Source: Arenicellales bacterium (lineage in GTDB: Bacteria > Pseudomonadota > Gammaproteobacteria > Arenicellales > JAJDZL01). From it: 64,000 bases of DNA. Below are positions 51,104 through 61,291 of this stretch, in pieces; positions within the stretch are counted from its first letter, which is position 1; every line of letters begins with the position of its first letter. The notes beneath the pieces are model-generated. The model saw only the letters and a program-made list of their open reading frames with translations, had not been told where the DNA came from and did no database searches. The stretch is taken from assembly GCA_965202855.1 (NCBI GenBank), contig CBDBBP010000004.1:1107213-1171212 (forward strand), read 5' to 3'. Both the position numbers and the translations under genes were made by a program.

Positions 51104-54100
51104 CTACGTTTCGTTCGAATCGCCGAAATAATACTGCTGTAAAATCTTACTCAAGGAACTCTTTATTTCGTTTGAAAAACCGTCTGCTTTGTACTCCATT
51201 AATTCAAACTCATTTGAATTCAAATTAGTTAGAAATTTCTCTTTCAATTTTTGAAAACTATCTTTTCTAGGCTTAAGTAAAGGGTCTTGAAATATCTCTT
51301 CAATTTTTTCTCTGGCCACCTGCTGATCGAATTTAAAGCGGATTCGAGGGCGAGTATTGTCTTCAATTCGGTATTCCAGTTCAGTCACACCATTTCTTTT
51401 CAAAGATTCGTTAAGTTCCACTCTATGCCATTTTTCCGTGTCAATCAATTTAACGGTATCACTTCGTTCAGAATTGTATTTTTGTCTCTTCAAAAAAAAT
51501 GTGTTCTGAGATTTGGCTGACTCGGAGAGTAACTTACCAATCTTACCTTCACTGTTGCAAACCGGGATAAACGCTTTGGCACCTAGTTTTTGAGAATTCG
51601 AATCATTGACGATCTGAAAAATTGGACTGTTGTTCCAAGATTTTCTCTTCAGCAACCTGTGCCCTTGATTCGATTTTATGGGCAATGAATAAACTTGACG
51701 AAATTTTTTGTGAGGGTGTTGGTGTCTATACCTGAAAAATCCTCTCAAAAATTCTCCATTTTCTAATTCTGATGACTTCTCCCATGCGTCAATGAGCATT
51801 TTCCATTCATTTCTCACTGGCAATATGAGATTCCCTTGATCTTTTGATAACTTAAAATTTTGCCCATTGTTCAAAATTTTCTTCGCATCATCCAATGTTG
51901 TGATTTGTTTTTTCTCAGTTCGATAAGAAAGCTTTTTTCTAAGAAAATTCATCTCATTGCTATAAACTTGACAACCTTTAGCCGTATTGTAGTTTTCTAT
52001 GTAATGAGAGTGGATCATTCGTGTATTCAATGAGATACAGAAATAGTCATTTTTTGATTTAAATCCAACTTGGATTAGCTGAGACCTTAGTGTCTGGAAA
52101 GTATCTTCTTCATTTAGTGCCAATAATTTTTTTTTGCGATTGAACTGAAGGGCAAAATTCAATTTTTCTCGATTTGGTTTGTAGTCTTTGAGTGGAAAAC
52201 TGTTCTTCCAGTCAAATCCAATACGAACTTCCGATAATTTTCGGTGTACAAGGATCGGCAGATAATGTTCGGCGTACATTCCATCGCGATGAATGGAGCG
52301 ATGTTTGAAATACTGTCGGTCAGGTTTGCGACGTTCCAAGGAAACCTCTCGGAAATTTTTTGGTTCAACTTGAATAGCCTTGAAGAGACTGTCATCATAG
52401 ACTCGAAAATGTGCGTTTTCCATTTGGCTCACTAATTGATCAACACGAGACCAAATTCCCGTTTTTCCCAATTCAAGCCTCAAACTTCCACTGCCGCGAT
52501 GTGCATCTGCCACCATGCAGAATGCCACTTGCGCATCTAACAGATGAGAATACGGTTTCTGAGGCGAATTATCACTTTTACTGTAGCTGGCTAGATCTGG
52601 GCGATAATAGGTAACCAAATCATGACGCAAATTGTGTATTCCATCGCCCCGGGAATTGTCCCGCGCTTCCACTCCAAAATAGTCAAATGAAAGTAAGTGA
52701 TGTTTGTCAATTCTTTTTGCTTTCTTATAAAGTGCGTTGGCTAATACTTCCGCAAAGTATCGTTGGGTTCCATTAACGAGCGATTTGGTTCGATGATTGA
52801 TAGTGCTAATAACGAGCTCTCGAAGGGGGTCACCTGCTTTGAGGAATAGTGCGTGTCGAAATGCTTTTCGTTGTTCTTTCGTCAAATTTATAAAATTGAA
52901 ATAGCGTCCAAATTTGAACTGCCCTCCTTGACCGTCGCCAATTGTATCTTTTATCCGTTTCTCTATTCGCGAGTCGTCAGCGGTTCCGAAAACGTGACGT
53001 TTGTAATGGGGATGCAAATCTGAAAGGGAAAATTCTGAATCTCCTTTATTTGCACGATTGTCTTGTTCACTGGTAAAAATCAGATTTGCTTCATCATTAA
53101 GCGTACCCCATTTAGGATGCGCTCTGGGAATAATATGATCGATATCCCCCGTGTTCCCCAATGTTACTCCTGAATATGGCGAAATTTGGGTTGATTTTCT
53201 GACTCTATTTCTTTTTGAATGTTGTATCTTCTTCAGGTCACTTGAATTAAATTCTCTTTTTCTTTTGTTATACTCCCTCGCGTCCAAATAGGGCCTTTTA
53301 AGCTCTAGCAAATTTGGTTCAAACTGAAACCGATTAGATTCTGTAATTATTGGTATCCGAACTTCTATACCCGATGATAAATTCTTCTCGATTTTTAACC
53401 ATTTATCTTTTGCGATAGCTGCGCCTAAAATTCGAGCTAGACGCATCACTGCACCATCAATCAGTCTGGTCGGAATCGCAGGCAAGCGTTGGGCTTTTAC
53501 ACTTTTTTCGAACATTTGCATTCTTTGGGCGTTATCCAAACTACAAACAGAGCAAGTTTTTGCATTTCCACGGCGCTCCTTGAATGCTATGTTGTTAATC
53601 TGAGCAAGCAGAAATACAGCACTTGCTGGATGGTCTTGAAGACTTTGATTCCATTTCTCTGATTGTGATTCATCATACAGTCGACTTCCTATTTCTCCAC
53701 ATACTTCAAGACACTTTTTTACAAGTTTGAATAATTCTTCATGAGAATTAGACTCACCCCAAACTTCAAGAATTTTATCCTTCAGCTGCCCACGGAATTT
53801 TTTTTGTTCCTTAGCTGCATCTGCGCTATTAGTCTTCAAGCCCTTGATATTTTTCAACCAAATTGTCAGCTCGGTATGGTCATTAGATTTTGTTCGTTTT
53901 TTAAGTTGCTTCGGGGATATCTGAAATAAGCCAGCTATATCACTGATCAGCTGATAACGCTTTTGTCTTGGCTTATGGTTGCAATAGGTGAGCAGGTGAT
54001 CACGGTCTTCAAAACGTCCAGTTTTTTTGAATCCACGACCTTTTATTAAGCGATACTCGGGATGAATGAATATCCTACCATCGCGCGCTTTCTGCCGATT

Positions 54101-56047
54101 TTTGTAATAGTTGCAGATTAAATGCATGAAACTCCCTTGAGCAAAGACACCGCTGTCATCGTAGTTCGGCCGTGTTTTGAAATTATCAGGCAATCTGCTG
54201 CAGTTCATCGCTTTTGCTAATTTTTCTCTCGTTTTCTCACGGTCTTTCCGACTAGACTGTTGTTGGCGAATTTTTTTCGTATGACTGAAAATTTCATTTA
54301 GCTTCAGTACGTCTTCGTCTTTCACCCGGTCTAATAGAAACTGCAATATTCGAGCGTCCAAATCCTTAGCAGTTCTGCACCCTGAATCTCTCTGAGGCGA
54401 ATTGGTTAACTTGCCACCAAAATAAGCAGTGCCTTTACTGCTCTTCAACTCTTCCATTTCCTTCTTGTAATTTCCTAGATATCCTTTTACTTCCGGCAGG
54501 CGCAACAGTTCTTTCAGCCATATTCTCCAGTCTCTGTAATCGTTATCCAAGAATTCTGTGTTGAGTACCAAGCTCTGACATTTCGGCGGACGCCGATTGT
54601 TTTTATCTTGGTATGGAGGAATAGTAAATAAAGGAGATTGCTCAAGCCAAAATTCAACAACGCTACCTTGATGAGCTTTGCATATTGAGCGAAGTTTTTG
54701 GTAGTCATATTCTGCGCCTGGTGCTTTGTCCAAGTCTTTTTCCGGATTTACGCGCCACTCCCGAAGTATCCAGTGTTCAAACTGATCTTTCAAGCGACTC
54801 CTGTCCCAATAATCACCCTGTTTATGTCTTTTTTCGTTGAAATATTTTCTGAGAGGTTTCAGTTCCAAATTACTCAAGTGACCGATGAGATTTGCCAGTG
54901 ACTGAGGAGTGAGAGAAGTACCATTTTGGATTCTAAATTCACCGGAATGCAGTCTCGTGCAGAATGAATTCAAATAGCCATGTTGGTGGTTCACGCATTC
55001 TAAGGTATCTTTAATCTCTTGAAAATATTTGCTTCTATGACGAGCACCCGTACTTAACTCCTGAATTACCGTATGCAAAGCGAATGCGAAGTGATGGATA
55101 TGAGTTCTTAACCAATTCTTCCGCGCTTGAAGAATTCTTTTATTTACTCTATTGGAATTATTCGATGTTTCTATCGGGTCGAACGAGGCTTTTTCGAGCT
55201 TAAACTTTTCGGCATCAAAGTTCCATATTGAAGCGTTCAATTCAGCATTTTCTTTTTCCAAGTCGGTGGGTAGACTGCTAAGAATTTCACTGGCAACCGA
55301 AGAGCTCTTCTGATTGAGTTTTTCAGCTAAGTCGACTGTTCTTCCTTCGTCTCGAATACAGTGTAACCCAACAATGCCCATATCATCCCAAGCATCAAGA
55401 ATCCATTCATTTAATCTAAACTTGTCTTGAGTTCGTTTGTTTACCTCTATCTGACTCCCTCCAATCCTTGTTTTACAACTTTCCTTCAGTAATTTTGTAC
55501 GATTAATGATTAGAAGATTGCGTTTAATCTTTTTCGGTTTTTCAATAACAGACTTGAATATTTCCTTGATTTCAGATCGACCATGCTGCTTCCATTCGGA
55601 CATCTTTTCATCTAAATTACAGGTGTCTCGTATTTCACCAAATTGATTCTGGACCGCTTCTGGAAGTTCCCTAAATGCAGGCTCTGGAAAGTACTTTAAG
55701 GCTTCTGCATCATATTCTTCGGACAGATAACTAAACCCTCTGCGATTGAACAGAAAACCGATAGTCTGCTGAGTCTTTACGTCCCATTCCAAACCAAACT
55801 CTTGGCACCAGATCAGTCGAAACAAACGCTTTACCATTTGCCTGCGTTTGTATCCTCGCCGTTGATGACGTCTGGCAGTTCTTTCGGGCATCATTAACGT
55901 AAATGCGTTTTTCTCCAACTGATACACTTTTCCTTCTTTCTCAATTTCTCCTAGAGAACTTCCAGCTTGATAATGAGCGAAGTACACTCCAGTGCTTTTC
56001 GAACCAAGATCTATGGAAATAGGACTAATTACTAATCGTTTCGGCAT
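51104..56047 (-). CDS. cas9: type II-B CRISPR-associated endonuclease Cas9 (1647 aa, FnCas9-like)
   Basis: RuvC-I ISIDLGSKSTGVYF; Arg-rich bridge helix RTARRHQRRGYKRRQMVKRLFRLIW; RuvC-II IPIITESNRFQFEP; HNH DIDHIIPRAHPKWGTLNDEANLIFTSEQDNRANKG; RuvC-III SHLLDAQVAFCMVADAH. Long colinear blocks match F. novicida Cas9 (e.g. LELKPLRKYFN, TIPPYQDKNNRRPPKCQSL, LTYCNHKPRQKRYQL, AQRLPAIPTR). Confidence 0.97.
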   Translation of the reverse strand: MPKRLVISPISIDLGSKSTGVYFAHYQAGSSLGEIEKEGKVYQLEKNAFTLMMPERTARRHQRRGYKRRQMVKRLFRLIWCQEFGLEWDVKTQQTIGFLFNRRGFSYLSEEYDAEALKYFPEPAFRELPEAVQNQFGEIRDTCNLDEKMSEWKQHGRSEIKEIFKSVIEKPKKIKRNLLIINRTKLLKESCKTRIGGSQIEVNKRTQDKFRLNEWILDAWDDMGIVGLHCIRDEGRTVDLAEKLNQKSSSVASEILSSLPTDLEKENAELNASIWNFDAEKFKLEKASFDPIETSNNSNRVNKRILQARKNWLRTHIHHFAFALHTVIQELSTGARHRSKYFQEIKDTLECVNHQHGYLNSFCTRLHSGEFRIQNGTSLTPQSLANLIGHLSNLELKPLRKYFNEKRHKQGDYWDRSRLKDQFEHWILREWRVNPEKDLDKAPGAEYDYQKLRSICKAHQGSVVEFWLEQSPLFTIPPYQDKNNRRPPKCQSLVLNTEFLDNDYRDWRIWLKELLRLPEVKGYLGNYKKEMEELKSSKGTAYFGGKLTNSPQRDSGCRTAKDLDARILQFLLDRVKDEDVLKLNEIFSHTKKIRQQQSSRKDREKTREKLAKAMNCSRLPDNFKTRPNYDDSGVFAQGSFMHLICNYYKNRQKARDGRIFIHPEYRLIKGRGFKKTGRFEDRDHLLTYCNHKPRQKRYQLISDIAGLFQISPKQLKKRTKSNDHTELTIWLKNIKGLKTNSADAAKEQKKFRGQLKDKILEVWGESNSHEELFKLVKKCLEVCGEIGSRLYDESQSEKWNQSLQDHPASAVFLLAQINNIAFKERRGNAKTCSVCSLDNAQRMQMFEKSVKAQRLPAIPTRLIDGAVMRLARILGAAIAKDKWLKIEKNLSSGIEVRIPIITESNRFQFEPNLLELKRPYLDAREYNKRKREFNSSDLKKIQHSKRNRVRKSTQISPYSGVTLGNTGDIDHIIPRAHPKWGTLNDEANLIFTSEQDNRANKGDSEFSLSDLHPHYKRHVFGTADDSRIEKRIKDTIGDGQGGQFKFGRYFNFINLTKEQRKAFRHALFLKAGDPLRELVISTINHRTKSLVNGTQRYFAEVLANALYKKAKRIDKHHLLSFDYFGVEARDNSRGDGIHNLRHDLVTYYRPDLASYSKSDNSPQKPYSHLLDAQVAFCMVADAHRGSGSLRLELGKTGIWSRVDQLVSQMENAHFRVYDDSLFKAIQVEPKNFREVSLERRKPDRQYFKHRSIHRDGMYAEHYLPILVHRKLSEVRIGFDWKNSFPLKDYKPNREKLNFALQFNRKKKLLALNEEDTFQTLRSQLIQVGFKSKNDYFCISLNTRMIHSHYIENYNTAKGCQVYSNEMNFLRKKLSYRTEKKQITTLDDAKKILNNGQNFKLSKDQGNLILPVRNEWKMLIDAWEKSSELENGEFLRGFFRYRHQHPHKKFRQVYSLPIKSNQGHRLLKRKSWNNSPIFQIVNDSNSQKLGAKAFIPVCNSEGKIGKLLSESAKSQNTFFLKRQKYNSERSDTVKLIDTEKWHRVELNESLKRNGVTELEYRIEDNTRPRIRFKFDQQVAREKIEEIFQDPLLKPRKDSFQKLKEKFLTNLNSNEFELMEYKADGFSNEIKSSLSKILQQYYFGDSNET

Positions 56048-56730
56048 GAGAGTTCTGTCTCTTAATGTGAGGAATGCAATTATTCACTCGCATTCCACGT
56101 TTGAAGTTTTTTGTGAAGATGGTAATAATTATATAAATTCAAGCACATCGCTATACTCAACTCTGTTATCAGGACGAGACCATTCGTAAATTCGGTTGCT
56201 CGTACTTGAATTCTGGAAATGCACTTGATCGGGACTGACATAAAATGCATACGTCTACAATTCGTAGTGAAAACGCTACAGTCACTTTTTAAATCAGGAA
56301 TCTCAGTCAATAGCACTATCATCGCGTAAGATCCGGTACTGAATCCGATTTACATGTTGATTTCCAGTTAAATACTCACAAGAATGAGAAAGTTGGCTCG
56401 GCATAACAGAAAAGTTTTCAATACCGCTTTAAGCCAACCGCAGCTAAACTCAATTATCTTGCCGGTATCGAGTAACACTAATAACGCTGTGAGCAACACA
56501 GACTTGATTTTAGAAGATATTGGAACACTATGTTTCCAAGTGTTAGCGTAACACGTCAATATAAGACGGATAATTTGCAATTGGTTGTTTTACAGAGGCA
56601 CCTATTCCCTTGTGCCATTGTCTAATTCGAAAATTTAGGAATTCCTAGCGCAGTAATTCACACATGCATGCCAAGTGCTGCGCTCTCAAATAAGTACGTT
56701 GAACGCAGTTCCTGCTGCACTTAACGTCGA

Positions 56731-59700
56731 TTAGCTTTCTTTTGTTGCTTTCAATTCGGTCAACAGATCTTTTGCATCAACATTGTCACCCACTGCGACC
56801 AAGATAGATTCTACGGTTGCAGCAACAGCAGTACGAATGGCAGTTTCCATCTTCATCGCCTCAATTGTCAACAGCACATCACCCGCTTGAACTTGCTGAC
56901 CGACACTGACACTGACAGAAGAAATCATGCCCGGCATTGGAGATATGACATGATCTGGATTTTCTGGATCCCCTTGAGGACGTTTCTCAATTTTGAGTGA
57001 AAATTTTCGATTGGGAACCTTAGCTGTTCGCGGCTGCCCGTTCAATTCGAAAAACATCTGCACATTTCCGTCTGCGTCGGTCTCACCTACAGCCAGACTC
57101 TGTATCACTAAAGTCTTGCCCAACTCCAAGTCCACCGAAATTTGCTGATCTGATTTCATGCCGTAGAAAAACACAGGCGTCGGCAGGATATGCACCGGTC
57201 CATATTCTTCACGATGGGACATATAGTCAGCGAAAACCGCGGGATACATCAAATGAGACTGAAACTCCTCGTCAGTGATTTTTCGCCCTACGCGGGTATT
57301 GGCGTTGTCACGCATCGCGGCTAAATCCGCCGGTGGTAAATTTTCACCCGGGCGGTTGGTCATAGGTTTTTCACCCTGAAGCACTTTTTTCTGTAGCTTT
57401 GAGGGAAATCCACCTGGAGGCTGACCAAGTTCTCCAGCAAAAAATGACTTCACTGAATCCGGGAATGCCACTTCCTTATCTGGATTTTGAATATCCTCAG
57501 CGCTAACCCCCGAACTGACCATCGATAAAGCCATATCACCGATCATCTTGGAAGTTGGAGTCACTTTGATCACATCACCAAACATTTCATTCACAACTGC
57601 ATAGGCTTCTGCCACCTCGGGCCAGCGATTTTGCAATCCCATCGCACGAGCTTGTTCTTTCAGATTGGTAAATTGACCTCCGGGCATCTCGTGCAAATAA
57701 ACCTCAGATGCACCAAACCGGACGTCACTTTCAAATGCTGCATAGTGTCGCCGCACAGCTTCCCAATAACCTGAAAAAGCCATGACCTGATCAGAATTTA
57801 TGCCGGTATCGTATCCTGTGCCCTGGAGTGCTTTGACAACCGATCCTAAATTGGGCTGAGAGGTGATTCCAGATACCGAATCCATCGCCAGATCAATTGC
57901 GTCAGCACCGGATTCGACGGCTGCAATGACACTAGACGCTGCGATGCCGCTGGTGTCATGAGTATGAAAATGCAATGGGAGTCCAGTCTCATCCTTCAGC
58001 GCCTGCACTAAAGTTCTTGCACTTTTCGGTGTGAGCAGTCCCGCCATATCCTTAATGCACAGAATATGTACACCTGCGTCTGCCAAATCACGTGCCATTT
58101 TGATGTAGTAATCCAGCGTGTATTTCTTACGCGCAGAATTATGGATGTCGCCGGTATAGCAAATCGCACCTTCAAGCAGTTTCCCAGCCTCCAAGACTGC
58201 ATCCATCGCCACGCGCATGTTGTCCACCCAGTTCAGGCAATCAAATACCCGAAATAGATCGATGCCTGATTCTGCGGCTTGCAAAACGAAACCCCGAACT
58301 ACATTGTCAGGATAATTCTTGTAGCCTACTCCATTTGCTCCGCGCAATAACATCTGCAGCAGGATGTTCGGAACCCGGCGACGCAGTTCTTCTAATCTTT
58401 GCCAAGGGCATTCCTTCAAAAACCTCATGGCTACATCAAAGGTCGCGCCACCCCAACATTCCAAGCTGAAGAGGTTTGGTAAATTTCGTGAATAGGATTC
58501 CGCTGCGTAAATTAGGTCATAAGTACGAAATCGAGTCGCTAACAAGGATTGGTGGGCATCTCGAAAAGTGGTATCCGTTACCAAAGCCCGCTTTTGCTGC
58601 AGCATCCACTGAGAAAAACGCTCTGGGCCTAGTGCATCCAAAACTTGTCGAGTCCCGGTTGGTTGATAGTCGACTGCAAATTCTGGAACGACAGCTTTTA
58701 ATGTGGTTCCAGGATGTGGCCGATCCTTTACTTCCGGATTTCCATTTACCGTAATGTCCGCAATGTAGCGCAGAAGGCGTGTTGCCCGGTCTCGTCGCTG
58801 CGGAATGTGCAGTAATTCAGGAGTTTCATCGATAAACCGTGTGGTGTACGAACCGTCAAGAAAGGTCTTGTGCTGTATCAGATTTTCCAAGAAAACAAGA
58901 TTCGTCGCAATTCCGCGAATTCTGAACTCACGAAGAGCGCGATGCATTCTCCGAACAGATTCTTCCGGTGTTTGCGCCCACGCTGTAACTTTTTCCAGAA
59001 GACTGTCGTAGAATCGCGTGATCACGGCTCCCGAATACGCAGTTCCGCCATCGAGTCGAATTCCAAAACCAGCCGCACCTCGATATGCAGATATACGCCC
59101 ATAGTCAGGCAGAAAATTTTCGCGTGGATTTTCTGTTGTCAATCGACATTGAAGCGCATATCCATTAATTCCTATTTCATGCTGATGAGGCACGCCAGAA
59201 CTTGCAATATCGCCGATTGCCCCTCCTTGAGCGAGTCGGATCTGCGCCTTTACAACATCAATACCGGTAATCTCCTCTGTGACCGTGTGCTCGACCTGAA
59301 TTCGAGGATTAACTTCAATGAAATAAAACTCCCCAGTATCGTCATCGAGTAAAAATTCTGCAGTGCCTGCATTGGTATAACCCACCGAACGAGCGAGGCG
59401 GAGCGCTGCGCTACATAGTGCGTTTCGCTGCTGGTTGGACAGGAAAAGCGCCGGTGCTCGCTCAATGATTTTTTGATTCCGACGCTGAATGGAGCAGTCT
59501 CGTTCAAATAGATGAATTATGTTTCCATGCAAATCGCCGAGCAGCTGAACTTCAACATGCCGCGCACGGCGTATCAGTTTTTCCAGATAAACCTCGGTAT
59601 TGCCAAAGGCAGCCAGGGTCTCTCTGCGACCGATTTCAACTGTTTCTTCCAGCTGGCTCGCATCGTCAATCACACGCATGCCTCTTCCGCCACCACCCCA

Positions 59701-60198
59701 GGATGCTTTCAACATCAGCGGATAGCCAATTTTCGATGCGATTTTTCGCACCTCTGCGGGGTCTTCCGGCAAGGCGGATGAAGCAGGTAACACAGGAACA
59801 TTTACTTTTTGTGCTTCTTCCCTCGCACTGACTTTGTTACCAAGTCGACGCATGACTTCTGGCGTTGGACCGACGAAGCGAATTCCCTTCTCTATGCAAG
59901 CTTCAGCAAAATCAGGTCGTTCTGAAAGAAATCCATAACCAGGGTGAATTGCATCAACTTTTCTCGATACCGCAATATTCAAAATATCTCTGATGGCGCC
60001 ATAAGCCTGAATTGGGCCTAATCCGGTGCCGATCTGGTAGCTTTCGTCGGCTTTGAACCGATGCAAAGAAAACTTATCCTGTTCGGCGTAAACACCAACA
60101 GTTCGAATGCCAAGTTCACTCGCAGCGCGAAAAACTCGGATTGCAATCTCACTTCGATTTGCGACTAAAAGTGTATTGATGGGTTTGTAGGTATTCAT
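56731..60198 (-). CDS. pyc: pyruvate carboxylase (single-chain)
   Basis: 1155 aa with an N-terminal biotin carboxylase/ATP-grasp domain, a carboxyltransferase domain with HFHTHDTSG, and a C-terminal biotinyl domain with EAMKME. Confidence 0.95.
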   Translation of the reverse strand: MNTYKPINTLLVANRSEIAIRVFRAASELGIRTVGVYAEQDKFSLHRFKADESYQIGTGLGPIQAYGAIRDILNIAVSRKVDAIHPGYGFLSERPDFAEACIEKGIRFVGPTPEVMRRLGNKVSAREEAQKVNVPVLPASSALPEDPAEVRKIASKIGYPLMLKASWGGGGRGMRVIDDASQLEETVEIGRRETLAAFGNTEVYLEKLIRRARHVEVQLLGDLHGNIIHLFERDCSIQRRNQKIIERAPALFLSNQQRNALCSAALRLARSVGYTNAGTAEFLLDDDTGEFYFIEVNPRIQVEHTVTEEITGIDVVKAQIRLAQGGAIGDIASSGVPHQHEIGINGYALQCRLTTENPRENFLPDYGRISAYRGAAGFGIRLDGGTAYSGAVITRFYDSLLEKVTAWAQTPEESVRRMHRALREFRIRGIATNLVFLENLIQHKTFLDGSYTTRFIDETPELLHIPQRRDRATRLLRYIADITVNGNPEVKDRPHPGTTLKAVVPEFAVDYQPTGTRQVLDALGPERFSQWMLQQKRALVTDTTFRDAHQSLLATRFRTYDLIYAAESYSRNLPNLFSLECWGGATFDVAMRFLKECPWQRLEELRRRVPNILLQMLLRGANGVGYKNYPDNVVRGFVLQAAESGIDLFRVFDCLNWVDNMRVAMDAVLEAGKLLEGAICYTGDIHNSARKKYTLDYYIKMARDLADAGVHILCIKDMAGLLTPKSARTLVQALKDETGLPLHFHTHDTSGIAASSVIAAVESGADAIDLAMDSVSGITSQPNLGSVVKALQGTGYDTGINSDQVMAFSGYWEAVRRHYAAFESDVRFGASEVYLHEMPGGQFTNLKEQARAMGLQNRWPEVAEAYAVVNEMFGDVIKVTPTSKMIGDMALSMVSSGVSAEDIQNPDKEVAFPDSVKSFFAGELGQPPGGFPSKLQKKVLQGEKPMTNRPGENLPPADLAAMRDNANTRVGRKITDEEFQSHLMYPAVFADYMSHREEYGPVHILPTPVFFYGMKSDQQISVDLELGKTLVIQSLAVGETDADGNVQMFFELNGQPRTAKVPNRKFSLKIEKRPQGDPENPDHVISPMPGMISSVSVSVGQQVQAGDVLLTIEAMKMETAIRTAVAATVESILVAVGDNVDAKDLLTELKATKES

Positions 60199-60225
60199 CG
60201 GCTTATTGATAATCGTTGAGTCATG

Positions 60226-61290
60226 TTAAGTGGAGCCTCCCCAAATGTCTCCCATTGTAAATCCTTCCGGGAATGGGTCGCCTGGACTTAAAACGTAATG
60301 AGAATTCGCGGTAATCCACGCCTGTCCTTTAATTTTTGGAATGACGGCATCGTACGTCCCTACTTTACAGGTGCCAGTCAGAGTGCCTGTAAAAATTGTG
60401 CCGAGGATGCCTTCATGATGAAATTCTTCGTGTAATGAAAGTTGACCTTTCGCATGTAGCGCAGCCATCTTCGCACAGGTCCCAGTGCCACATGGGGACC
60501 GATCCAAAGCTGCTGTCCAAGTTTCTTCTCGATCCCAATCCAATGCGCCAGTCGAAATGATCGCTGCGTTTTTTAGTGATGCCTGTGGATGATCGGGCGG
60601 TCCGGAAATGACTCCGATGGTCACCCCAGAAACTTCTGGATTCTCGGGATGGACGCATTCCAATTGCTCTTTTGCAGCCGCTTTCACCATTTCGCCCACT
60701 CTCGCAATTTTACCCGCCTGACTTGGTTCTAACTTCAACCCCAAAGGCTCGGCTTCCGTTATTACGTAGAACATGCCTCCCCAAGCTACATCAACTAAAA
60801 CTTTTCCAATTGTAGGAACATTTATCGTCTGATCGAGATGAACAGCAAATGCAGGCACATTCAGAAATTTTACTCCAGTCACTCGCCCGTTTTCGACCTC
60901 TGCATCCACTTCGATCAAACCCGCGGGACTTTCCAAAATCAACTGGGTTACAGGTTCCTGGTACTCCACCATACCCGTTTCGATAAGCGCCGTAACAACG
61001 CAGATCGTATTTGTGCCAGACATCGGTGGATATTCGACCTGCTCCATAATCACAAAACCCGCGTCCGCTTCGGGAACAGTGGGTGGGAGAATCAAATTGC
61101 AGTTCGCAGCCGGATAACCCCTGGGCTCGCGCAGCATGCATTTTCGTAGACCATCCAGGTTCTGTTCCAAATACTGCATTTTTTCGAACATGGAATTACC
61201 TGGAACGTCCAGTATTCCACCGACAATCACTCGCCCATGCTCGCCACACGCATGCAGATCGACTGCGTGAATCACTTTGGAAACCTGCAT
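60226..61290 (-). CDS. proline racemase / hydroxyproline epimerase-dehydratase family protein
   Basis: 354 aa. The family segment DRSPCGTGTCAKMA has the second catalytic position as Cys. The first catalytic position reads PMSGTN, with Ser where racemases have Cys. Confidence 0.8.
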   Translation of the reverse strand: MQVSKVIHAVDLHACGEHGRVIVGGILDVPGNSMFEKMQYLEQNLDGLRKCMLREPRGYPAANCNLILPPTVPEADAGFVIMEQVEYPPMSGTNTICVVTALIETGMVEYQEPVTQLILESPAGLIEVDAEVENGRVTGVKFLNVPAFAVHLDQTINVPTIGKVLVDVAWGGMFYVITEAEPLGLKLEPSQAGKIARVGEMVKAAAKEQLECVHPENPEVSGVTIGVISGPPDHPQASLKNAAIISTGALDWDREETWTAALDRSPCGTGTCAKMAALHAKGQLSLHEEFHHEGILGTIFTGTLTGTCKVGTYDAVIPKIKGQAWITANSHYVLSPGDPFPEGFTMGDIWGGST

Positions 61291-61291
61291 T

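Noticed and set aside
56080-56580. Two minus-strand ORFs (80 aa and 70 aa) in the cas9 upstream region as possible accessory genes
   Set aside because: They have no Shine-Dalgarno-like sequence, a Leu/Ile/Cys-rich composition typical of AT-rich non-coding DNA, and no recognisable motif. They are kept only as part of the 'long upstream region' finding.
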